A stretch of DNA of 7,431 nt from a virus (taxonomy: Duplodnaviria > Heunggongvirae > Uroviricota > Caudoviricetes). A program made the position numbers and the translations under genes. This document shows, in pieces, positions 1 through 5,874 of the stretch. Position 1 is the stretch's first letter. Each line of letters begins with the position of its first letter. The notes under the pieces are model-generated. The model was given only the letters and a program-made list of their open reading frames with translations, was not told the origin of the DNA and did no database searches. The stretch is taken from IMG/VR virus record IMGVR_UViG_2571042053_000009; one strand, 5' to 3'.

Positions 1-36
1 CTCCTGGATTGAAGGAGGTAAATCTTTAAATTCCAT
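1..36 (-). CDS. 5'-partial hypothetical protein (MEFKDLPPSIQE..., continues past left edge)
   Basis: Minus-strand ATG at 36..34 with GAGG about 9 nt upstream; frame stays open to the window edge. Only 12 codons are visible, so no product can be assigned. Confidence 0.3.
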   Translation of the reverse strand, partial: MEFKDLPPSIQE

Positions 37-47
37 CGTCAACCTCA

Positions 48-200
48 TCAGTCGGAGTTTCTTGCTAACCAGCGATGCGCGCCAGCTTCGGTTTTAAACG
101 ATTTGCTTTTGGTATACGTCATGGCGGTGAACGTTCCATCCTGGTTGGGGAACACGCCACACACTAGGGATTCGTTGTTGCCGAGGTCGATTTTTTGCAT
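48..200 (-). CDS. small early-left protein, 50 aa, YdaF-like
   Basis: Minus-strand ATG at 200..198, stop TGA at 50..48. Translation MQKIDLGNNESLVCGVFPNQDGTFTAMTYTKSKSFKTEAGAHRWLARNSD. Below the ORF-track length cutoff. Size and position upstream of the repressor match the YdaF slot of Rac-type prophages (recalled, not verified). It starts 10 nt after the preceding gene's stop. Confidence 0.5.
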   Translation of the reverse strand: MQKIDLGNNESLVCGVFPNQDGTFTAMTYTKSKSFKTEAGAHRWLARNSD

Positions 201-210
201 TTTGCGAATC

Positions 211-345
211 TCACATCTTGTTGCTGCATATAGCGGCTTCTGCCTGCCAGAGATCCCAGTCGTTGCTGCGTAGAGCCTGTACAGCTTGGCTGTAAGTGAT
301 ACCGCAACAATCCATCAAATACTGAACTACTTCGTAATGCACCAT
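211..345 (-). CDS. small early-left protein, 44 aa, YdaG-like
   Basis: Minus-strand ATG at 345..343 with GGGAGAG about 8 nt upstream, stop TGA at 213..211. Translation MVHYEVVQYLMDCCGITYSQAVQALRSNDWDLWQAEAAICSNKM, checked codon by codon. Length matches the 44-aa YdaG of Rac (recalled). Confidence 0.5.
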   Translation of the reverse strand: MVHYEVVQYLMDCCGITYSQAVQALRSNDWDLWQAEAAICSNKM

Positions 346-411
346 TTTATCTCTCCCTTTAACGCCGGGTGGCGGAACTAAAACCTACAGCGCCGTGCTG
401 CTTCTGTAATA

Positions 412-440
412 ATATTAGTTATGTTCATATTAATGATCAA
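412..440 (-). promoter_or_regulatory. candidate leftward early promoter (PL-like): -35 TTGATC, 17-bp spacer, -10 TAATAT
   Basis: On the minus strand, TTGATC (plus 440..435) and TAATAT (plus 417..412) are separated by exactly 17 bp, about 65 bp upstream of the YdaG-like start. The same two hexamers recur at the rightward promoter candidate at 1093..1121. Confidence 0.4.
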
Positions 441-532
441 CACAAATATGCATTTCGTTGATAAAAATGTACTATCCTAATGAAATTTTTAGTGTTTTTT
501 TGATAAAAAGTAAGGCGGGGGCGGGCGGAGGG

Positions 533-560
533 GACAAAAAAACCGCCAAAAATGGCGGTT
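533..560 (-). terminator. rho-independent terminator of the repressor gene
   Basis: Hairpin AACCGCCA (541..548), loop AAAA, TGGCGGTT (553..560), starting 21 bp after the repressor stop. On the minus-strand transcript it is followed by a U-run (complement of the A-run at 533..540). There is no T-run on the plus side, so it is unidirectional. Confidence 0.6.
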
Positions 561-580
561 TAGTTACGAGATGGTGGGAG

Positions 581-1045
581 CTATTTCTTCATGCGTTTTT
601 GAGCTGCCAGCATATTTTCAAATGCTTCTTTGTAGAGTTCATTCTGACCTTTAAGTCTTTCGATTAGTTTTGCTTTTTCTGATTCGGGAAGGATATCAAA
701 AAGATCTAGTAAATCAGCTTGTTGCTTGTTAACCATCCGCCAACCTTCGCCTTCGAAACTTTCGTCATAAGTTCCTGAGGAACGGACGTAATTCATCAGA
801 TCAGCTAAATCAGGCCTCAACTCTTCAGGCTTAACTCTTAGTAATACAGCGAATTTTAATGCCGCATCAGTATTAAGTGGAGCCTTTCCGTTGAGATAAT
901 GGCTAACCGCAGATTGCGCCTCAAAACCCATTAGCTCGGCAGCAAGCTCCTGAGTCAGTTTGAGCTCTCTTTTTTTTGCATCCCAGATTGCGCGCAGACG
1001 TTGCGTAGCTTCCGGCGATGCGATTTCTTCGCGTTTTCTTCTCAT
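581..1045 (-). CDS. prophage immunity repressor, DicA/RacR-like (XRE-family HTH plus C-terminal dimerisation region), 154 aa
   Basis: 154-aa ORF divergent from the Cro-like gene. HTH segment LTQELAAELMGFEAQSAVSHYLNG. The C-terminal segment DLLDLFDILPESEKAKL resembles the DicA C-terminus as I recall it. Too short for a peptidase S24 domain, so not LexA/CI-like self-cleaving. SD-like GGTGG lies just upstream of ATG 1045..1043. Confidence 0.85.
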   Translation of the reverse strand: MRRKREEIASPEATQRLRAIWDAKKRELKLTQELAAELMGFEAQSAVSHYLNGKAPLNTDAALKFAVLLRVKPEELRPDLADLMNYVRSSGTYDESFEGEGWRMVNKQQADLLDLFDILPESEKAKLIERLKGQNELYKEAFENMLAAQKRMKK

Positions 1046-1054
1046 ACCACCATC

Positions 1055-1073
1055 TTATGAATACAGTTCATAA
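1055..1073. promoter_or_regulatory. candidate operator: inverted repeat TTATGAA-N5-TTCATAA
   Basis: Perfect 7-bp arms at 1055..1061 and 1067..1073, in the divergent intergenic region between the repressor start (1045) and the rightward promoter. A degenerate TTATG/TTCATA version recurs near the leftward promoter (about 420..430). Confidence 0.4.
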
Positions 1074-1092
1074 TCTCAAACTGATATAGGTA

Positions 1093-1121
1093 TTGATCAT
1101 TTAAATTAGTATGGTTAATAT
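1093..1121 (+). promoter_or_regulatory. candidate rightward early promoter (PR-like): -35 TTGATC, 17-bp spacer, -10 TAATAT
   Basis: TTGATC at 1093..1098 and TAATAT at 1116..1121 with a 17-bp spacer, about 30 bp upstream of the Cro-like start at 1150. Both -35 elements sit in a TGATCA-centred motif. Confidence 0.4.
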
Positions 1122-1149
1122 TTTTGTGAGCATTACTAAGGTGACCATT

Positions 1150-1425
1150 ATGACATTAGATGAATATTTGAAAAAAAATCGTGTACGACAGTCTTGTTTG
1201 GCCGCGCTGGCTGGTTGTTCGCAATCAATGATTAGCCTCGTTGCTACTGGACGTAGTCAGTTAAGCCCTGAAAAGGTATTGCGTATCGCAGAGGCTACGA
1301 ATTTCGAGGTTACACCTCATGAACTCCGGCCTGATATCTACCCTAATCCGACCGATGGTTTACCTGTTGGATGTAAGGCTAACACGCAAAATGCACAGGA
1401 GTTGATTCATGAAAATCAGGCATGA
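1150..1425 (+). CDS. Cro-like HTH protein, YdaS family, 91 aa
   Basis: Start moved from the ORF-track position 1111 to ATG 1150 because AAGGTG (1138..1143) sits 6 nt upstream. HTH with the ELRPDI motif that I recall as typical of YdaS-type Cro-like proteins. The stop overlaps the next gene's start. Confidence 0.8.
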   Translation: MTLDEYLKKNRVRQSCLAALAGCSQSMISLVATGRSQLSPEKVLRIAEATNFEVTPHELRPDIYPNPTDGLPVGCKANTQNAQELIHENQA

Positions 1426-1831
1426 GCACATCGAATCAGTGTTGTTAGCCCTGGCAGCCGAAAAAGGGCAGGCGTGGGTCGCTAACGCAATTACTGAAGA
1501 ATATCTGCGCCAGGGGGGCGGCGAATTGCCCCTGGTACCAGGCAAGGACTGGAACAATCAGCAGAATATCTATCACCGTTGGTTGAAAGGTGAAACGAAA
1601 GCGCAAAGGGAAAAAATTCAGAAACTGATCCCTGCGGTTCTGGCAATTCTTCCGCGCGAGCTGCGTCACCGACTCTGCATCTTCGATACCCTGGAACGCC
1701 GTGCATTACTGGCGGCGCAGGAAGCGTTGAGTACGGCAATTGATGCGCATGATGATGCAGTCCAGGCCGTTTACCGGAAAGCACATTTCAGCGGTGGTGG
1801 GTCGCCCGGCGATTCTGTCGTAGTGCATTGA
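1409..1831 (+). CDS. ydaT: YdaT-like protein (CII-like regulator, toxic when derepressed), 140 aa
   Basis: 140 aa, the same length as Rac YdaT, and the sequence (MKIRHEHIESVLLALAAEKGQAWVANAITEEYLRQGGGELPLVPGKDW...) matches my memory of YdaT closely. AGGAG lies 6 nt upstream of the ATG; the start overlaps the stop of the Cro-like gene. Confidence 0.85.
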   Translation: MKIRHEHIESVLLALAAEKGQAWVANAITEEYLRQGGGELPLVPGKDWNNQQNIYHRWLKGETKAQREKIQKLIPAVLAILPRELRHRLCIFDTLERRALLAAQEALSTAIDAHDDAVQAVYRKAHFSGGGSPGDSVVVH

Positions 1832-1875
1832 TTGAAATTGATCGTGCCGGATTGTTTTGTTCGGTATCAGTTAAA

Positions 1876-1896
1876 TGTAACGCTGCGAGCGTTACA
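1876..1896. repeat. iteron-like palindrome TGTAACGC-N5-GCGTTACA (copy 1), just upstream of the O-like gene RBS
   Basis: Perfect 8-bp inverted arms in the 77-bp intergenic region between the YdaT-like and O-like genes. Confidence 0.6.
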
Positions 1897-1908
1897 AGGT
1901 GAAAACAA

Positions 1909-2697
1909 ATGGCTTCAAACTGGATAAAGCTCGAGGTTATTACGCCGGATAAGCCGGAAATATTCAGGCTTGCTGAGATTCTGAATATTGATCCAGATGC
2001 CGCATTAGGGAAGGTTATTCGCTTCTGGGCATGGGCGGATCAACAAATGATAGACGGTAATGCAGATTGTAACGCTCGCGGCGTTACAAAAAGTGCAATA
2101 GATCGCATCACTTTTATGGCTGGTTTTGCTGATGCGTTAATTCAGGTTGGATGGCTGGTCGAAAATGACGTTGGGCTTTCTCTACCTAACTTTGAACGTC
2201 ATAACGGAAAAAGCTCTAAAAAACGGGCGGTTACAAACGAGCGAGTTACAAAAATACGCGAACTGAAACGAAAAGGTAACGCTGCCAGCGTTACACAAAC
2301 GGATCAAAAAGCGTTACCAGAGGAAGAGGAAGAGGAAGATATAAATACTGATCTCCCCCTAAATCCCCCTCGCCAAAAACGAGCGTCTAAAAAATTCGAG
2401 CCGGAGGCTATTGAGCTGCCCGATTGGTTGCCGGAAACACTCTGGCATGAGTGGGTCCGGTTCAGACAGGCATTGCGAAAACCGATTCGAACGGAGCAGG
2501 GCGCTAACGGGGCGATACGGGAACTGGAAAAATTCCGTCAGCAGGGTTTTACACCTGAGCAGGTGATTCGACACAGCATCGCCAATGAATACCAGGGCCT
2601 GTTCGCGCCGAAAGGTGTTCGGCCTGAGACGTTGCTCCGACAGGTTAACACCGTCTCGTTGCCGGACAGTGCGATCCCGCCAGGCTTCAGGGGGTAA
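1909..2697 (+). CDS. replication initiation protein, lambda O-like / YdaU-like, with acidic linker, 262 aa
   Basis: AAGGTGA RBS before the ATG. Sits immediately upstream of the DnaC-like gene, as in lambdoid replication modules. Contains internal palindromic repeats and an EEEEEED linker encoded by (AGGAAG)x3 at 2321..2338, recalling the lambda O gene, which contains its own ori. Family assignment is from memory. Confidence 0.8.
   Translation: MASNWIKLEVITPDKPEIFRLAEILNIDPDAALGKVIRFWAWADQQMIDGNADCNARGVTKSAIDRITFMAGFADALIQVGWLVENDVGLSLPNFERHNGKSSKKRAVTNERVTKIRELKRKGNAASVTQTDQKALPEEEEEEDINTDLPLNPPRQKRASKKFEPEAIELPDWLPETLWHEWVRFRQALRKPIRTEQGANGAIRELEKFRQQGFTPEQVIRHSIANEYQGLFAPKGVRPETLLRQVNTVSLPDSAIPPGFRG
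2068..2088. repeat. iteron-like palindrome TGTAACGC-N5-GCGTTACA (copy 2), inside the O-like gene
   Basis: Same 8-bp arms as copy 1 with a different 5-bp spacer (TCGCG). Confidence 0.6.
2277..2295. repeat. iteron-like palindrome GTAACGC-N5-GCGTTAC (copy 3) with nearby half-sites
   Basis: 7-bp arms. Additional GTTACA-type half-sites at about 2227..2237, 2243..2254 and 2311..2317, followed by the (AGGAAG)x3 tract. Confidence 0.55.
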
Positions 2698-2703
2698 CGG
2701 ACC

Positions 2704-3450
2704 ATGAAAAATATTGCGACAGGCGGTGTTCTTGAACGTATCCGTAAGCTGGCTCCGCAGCATGTAACCGCGCCGTACCGGACAGTGGACGAGTGGCGAG
2801 AGTGGCAGCTTGCAGAAGGGCGAAAACGTAGCGAGGAGATCAACCGCCTGAATCGTCAGTTGCGGGTGGAAAAAATTCTGAATCGCTCAGGCATCCAGCC
2901 GTTGCATCGTAAATGCTCGTTTGCAAATTACCAGGTGCAGAACGACGGCCAGCGATACGCGTTGAGTCAGGCGAAATCCATCGCTGATGAAATGATGACC
3001 GGGGGTACAAATTTTGCGTTCAGCGGAAAACCTGGTACCGGGAAGAACCACTTAGCGGCAGCTATCGGAAATCGCCTGCTGAAAGATGGCCAGACAGTGA
3101 TTGTGGTTACTGTGGCTGATGTTATGAGTGCCCTGCATGCCAGCTATGACGACGGACAGTCAGGCGAAAAATTTTTGCGGGAACTGTGCGAAGTGGATCT
3201 GCTGGTTCTTGATGAGATTGGCATTCAGCGCGAGACGAAAAACGAGCAGGTGGTACTGCACCAGATTATTGATCGACGGACAGCGTCGATGCGTAGCGTG
3301 GGAATGCTGACAAATCTGAACTATGAGGCCATGAAAACATTGCTCGGTGAGCGGATTATGGATCGCATGACCATGAACGGCGGACGCTGGGTGAATTTTA
3401 ACTGGGAGAGCTGGCGTCCGAATGTCGTCCAGCCAGGAATTGCGAAGTAA
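2704..3450 (+). CDS. DnaC-like helicase loader (IstB/DnaC AAA+ ATPase), YdaV-like, 248 aa
   Basis: Walker [18 protein letters not shown] and Walker B LLVLDEIG. Length 248 aa and position after the O-like gene match YdaV of Rac-type prophages. Confidence 0.9.
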   Translation: MKNIATGGVLERIRKLAPQHVTAPYRTVDEWREWQLAEGRKRSEEINRLNRQLRVEKILNRSGIQPLHRKCSFANYQVQNDGQRYALSQAKSIADEMMTGGTNFAFSGKPGTGKNHLAAAIGNRLLKDGQTVIVVTVADVMSALHASYDDGQSGEKFLRELCEVDLLVLDEIGIQRETKNEQVVLHQIIDRRTASMRSVGMLTNLNYEAMKTLLGERIMDRMTMNGGRWVNFNWESWRPNVVQPGIAK

Positions 3451-3472
3451 TTTTTACCGGGAGAAAAATTTA

Positions 3473-4234
3473 ATGGAGACTGTTTTTGACGCACTGAAAG
3501 CAATGGGAAAAGCCACATCCATAGAACTTGCTGCGCGACTTGATATCAGTCGTGAAGAGGTACTGAACGAGCTGTGGGAACTGAAAAAAGCTGGTTTTGT
3601 TGATAAAACCGCGTACACCTGGCGCGTGGCTGAAAACAACGTTCAGCAGGAACAGTCAGCGCAGGCAGAACTGCCGGAAGAAACCACCACAGCAACAGTA
3701 GCGAAAATCTCAGAGTGCGATTTAACCGCAACGATTGAACAACGCGGACCACAAACGGCTGATGAGCTGGCTACATTGTTTGATACCACATCACGCAAAG
3801 TGGCTTCAACGCTGGCAATGGCAATCAGCAAAGGTCGTCTGATTAGCGTAAATCAGGGCGGTAAATTTCGTTACTGCATACCGGGCGATAATTTACCAGC
3901 AGAGCCGAAAGCAGCATCGGTAGCGGAAACTGATGGTAAAGCCTTTCCTCAGCCTGCATGTGTTGCGTTACCAGTACAGGAAGCTGCAACACAGGAAGAT
4001 ATTAAAACAGAAACGATGGCGGACATTGTGCAGTCGCTGCCATCGTTTACTGCAACGCGATCTGATGATTTGATTTTGCCATCGCTGCATTTGGCAAACC
4101 GCGAACTGCGTCGGGCGAAAAATCATGTCCAGAAGTGGGAGCGTGTCTGCGCCGCGCTGCGGGAGCTGAATAAACACCGGGATATTTTCAGTTCGATTGC
4201 TGATATTCCGGTTCATTCACCGACAACAAAGTGA
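3473..4234 (+). CDS. hypothetical protein with two winged-helix-like segments, 253 aa
   Basis: Start chosen at ATG 3473 (GGGAGA upstream) rather than the in-frame ATG 3422, which has no SD and would overlap the DnaC-like gene. The N-terminus ([29 protein letters not shown]) and residues around 95-140 both look like wHTH folds. Confidence 0.65.
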   Translation: METVFDALKAMGKATSIELAARLDISREEVLNELWELKKAGFVDKTAYTWRVAENNVQQEQSAQAELPEETTTATVAKISECDLTATIEQRGPQTADELATLFDTTSRKVASTLAMAISKGRLISVNQGGKFRYCIPGDNLPAEPKAASVAETDGKAFPQPACVALPVQEAATQEDIKTETMADIVQSLPSFTATRSDDLILPSLHLANRELRRAKNHVQKWERVCAALRELNKHRDIFSSIADIPVHSPTTK

Positions 4235-4249
4235 TCTCCGGAGGTGCTT

Positions 4250-4672
4250 ATGACAAGAGCATTTACACCAGAAGAGCGGAAAAAAATTAAGGGGCTGATC
4301 GTGGAATTCGTACGCCTTAACGGACGAGGCACGATTCGGCAGTTATCGGATGAAATTGGTGTCAGTCATGCGTCTGTCGGTCGTTTATGCATGGAGCTGG
4401 CCGCCAGTGGTGATGTTTACAATTCCGGTTACGGAGTATTCCCGTCTGAGCAGGCGCGCAAGGACTGGCAAAACGCCCGCAAAAAACTCTCAAGGGCAAA
4501 GCTGAAGAAACCATCTGTGGTTGATCCGGACCTTATCTGGCTATTACCAGACGGCGAAATACGCCGCTACGACAGGCGCCTAAACATAATCTGTCGCGAG
4601 TGCCGGAAGAGTGAGGCTATGCAGCGTGTACTGGCTTTCTATCAGGGTAATTTTCAGGAGACGGTACTGTGA
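4250..4672 (+). CDS. hypothetical HTH-containing protein, 140 aa
   Basis: ATG 4250 with GGAGG at 4239..4243; the ORF track used the upstream GTG at 4244. HTH-like segment GTIRQLSDEIGVSHASVGRLCMELAASGDV and a basic C-terminal half. Confidence 0.7.
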   Translation: MTRAFTPEERKKIKGLIVEFVRLNGRGTIRQLSDEIGVSHASVGRLCMELAASGDVYNSGYGVFPSEQARKDWQNARKKLSRAKLKKPSVVDPDLIWLLPDGEIRRYDRRLNIICRECRKSEAMQRVLAFYQGNFQETVL

Positions 4673-4729
4673 GTGAAATTAGCTATCAGGCTTCAATTAC
4701 CGCTGGCATTCGCATCAAAGGAGAGGAGC

Positions 4730-5086
4730 ATGGAAATAAAACCAGAGGATGAGTTAAGCAATATCGTTTTATTTCCGGTAAAAGAGGATGACCCTCGTAA
4801 TCAGGTTAATTTTCTTTATGAGCCATCGGAAAGACCATATTGCCATCACGCCTCTGTTCGGGTTGACGAAAAAGAGCGTCAGGTCCGCTGTAAAATCTGC
4901 GGTGCAGTTGTGGAGCCGTTTGACTGGATGCTCTCTGTGGCGAAAAGAGAAACCAGACTGGCAGATGATGTAAGGCTATTGCGCCAGGAGGAACAGGAAA
5001 GGCGGAAAAATATAGAAAAGTTAATTCAGATTGAGCGTAACGCGAAAGCGCGGATACGCAGGGCGACAAAATCCAGAACTGAATAA
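4730..5086 (+). CDS. hypothetical protein with Cys/His cluster (C-H-H-x13-C-x2-C) and basic coiled-coil tail, 118 aa
   Basis: ATG 4730 preceded by a strong SD (AAGGAGAGGAG, 4718..4728); the ORF-track start at 4673 is a GTG without SD. Possible zinc-ribbon. Confidence 0.65.
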   Translation: MEIKPEDELSNIVLFPVKEDDPRNQVNFLYEPSERPYCHHASVRVDEKERQVRCKICGAVVEPFDWMLSVAKRETRLADDVRLLRQEEQERRKNIEKLIQIERNAKARIRRATKSRTE

Positions 5087-5136
5087 ATAAATTTAGAGCT
5101 GTAAATAAAATCTAATCCTGAACTGGAGGTATATTT

Positions 5137-5349
5137 ATGTTAAATACACAGAAAGCCATTAATGCGGAAAAATATAACGAGTGGGCAAGAAAATTCTCTG
5201 AGCAGATTTTTAAAATTACTGGCGATGAGAATGCGGCAAAAAATGAATTAGAACCGTGGACGCCTGAAGGAGCCGATTCAAATTATTGCTGGAGGGAGGT
5301 TGATCCAGTTGATGCTGCAAATGAAGCTATGAGTTATTACAACGATTAA
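5137..5349 (+). CDS. hypothetical protein, 70 aa
   Basis: GGAGG about 8 nt upstream. AT-rich flanks. Followed by a GNRA-loop hairpin at 5359..5376. Confidence 0.6.
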   Translation: MLNTQKAINAEKYNEWARKFSEQIFKITGDENAAKNELEPWTPEGADSNYCWREVDPVDAANEAMSYYND

Positions 5350-5358
5350 TGTCAGGAG

Positions 5359-5376
5359 GCCGCCCGAAAGGGCGGT
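5359..5376 (+). terminator. stem-loop (CCGCCC-GAAA-GGGCGG), possible terminator or RNA-stability element
   Basis: Perfect 6-bp GC stem with a GAAA tetraloop directly after the 70-aa gene. The downstream T-run is weak, so termination is uncertain. Confidence 0.3.
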
Positions 5377-5461
5377 AATGAATGGTCACATTATTTAGAA
5401 AAAATATCCGCGAAAGAGTAGAACAACAGAATTTCTGTTTCTCATTCTGTTTATCGTGTTG

Positions 5462-5599
5462 ATGATACCGATATCCCCGTTAATCCTAGTCTGGATAATC
5501 GGAAAAATAATTGAGCCAGTTATTGAATTGTATAACGACGTGGTATGGGCGTCATTCAACACACTGCACAATAAAATTAATCCGTATAAGGAAAACTGA
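5462..5599 (+). CDS. candidate small membrane protein, 45 aa
   Basis: Below the ORF-track cutoff. Translation MIPISPLILVWIIGKIIEPVIELYNDVVWASFNTLHNKINPYKEN with a hydrophobic N-terminal half. Its TGA stop (5597..5599) sits 1 nt before the next gene's ATG. No clear SD; the frame is open upstream to 5399 with only non-ATG starts. Confidence 0.3.
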   Translation: MIPISPLILVWIIGKIIEPVIELYNDVVWASFNTLHNKINPYKEN

Positions 5600-5600
5600 T

Positions 5601-5864
5601 ATGGCAACTTTGACAAAAAAAGAACGGGCATGGTTGAACGAATTACAGGAAGTTCTTGATCGCTGTCCATCACCGAAAAAAATTGGCTTTTACACCATTG
5701 GCGATAAAAGCATTTACCTGTATGACCTACGCCGCATGGATGAAATCATGGAGGCTCTTGATAATCGTTCGTCGATGGATTGGTGTGTTGCTGTTCATGA
5801 TATGAATGCAGGGTTTGATGAAAAGATTTTGTTCCCCTCATCAGTTGAAAGCACTGCGGGTTAA
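5601..5864 (+). CDS. hypothetical protein, 87 aa
   Basis: ATG 5601 with AAGGA upstream. The ORF-track version starting at 5511 is an unsupported upstream extension. Confidence 0.6.
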   Translation: MATLTKKERAWLNELQEVLDRCPSPKKIGFYTIGDKSIYLYDLRRMDEIMEALDNRSSMDWCVAVHDMNAGFDEKILFPSSVESTAG

Positions 5865-5874
5865 GGAGTAACAC

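Noticed and set aside
458-667. Plus-strand 69-aa ORF from the six-frame track
   Set aside because: It runs across the repressor terminator hairpin and G-rich tract and antisense into the 3' end of the repressor gene. It has no SD and a low-complexity translation (GAGGGDKK), so it is most likely spurious.
1111-1149. Upstream ATG start (1111) for the Cro-like gene
   Set aside because: It would put the start inside the predicted -10 element and has no SD. ATG 1150 has AAGGTG at ideal spacing and gives a typical Cro-sized protein.
1360-1784. Three overlapping minus-strand ORFs (1360..1557, 1445..1669, 1491..1784)
   Set aside because: They lie entirely antisense to the well-supported Cro-like and YdaT-like genes, overlap one another in different frames and have no RBS; typical shadow ORFs.
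2359-2843. Minus-strand ORFs 2359..2763 and 2538..2843
   Set aside because: Antisense to the O-like and DnaC-like genes, with Arg/Ser-rich shadow-frame composition and no start context.
3128-3310. Plus-strand 60-aa ORF inside the DnaC-like gene
   Set aside because: An alternative frame within a confidently called ATPase gene; Cys/Trp-rich translation typical of an off-frame read.
3422-3472. Upstream in-frame ATG start (3422) for the 253-aa gene
   Set aside because: No SD, and it would overlap the DnaC-like gene by 29 nt; ATG 3473 has a GGGAGA motif upstream. The longer form cannot be fully excluded.
3321-3831. Minus-strand ORFs 3321..3518, 3454..3639, 3546..3752, 3643..3831, and also 3968..4216
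   Set aside because: All are antisense to the 253-aa winged-helix gene or the DnaC-like 3' end, overlap each other, and lack RBS.
4788-5069. ORFs 4788..4973 (+) and 4806..5069 (-) overlapping the Cys/His-cluster gene
   Set aside because: The plus one is out of frame and the minus one antisense to a gene with a strong SD and coherent translation; no independent support.
5511-5600. Upstream extension (start 5511) of the 87-aa gene
   Set aside because: No RBS, and it overlaps the 45-aa hydrophobic frame; ATG 5601 has AAGGA upstream and follows that frame's stop by 1 nt.
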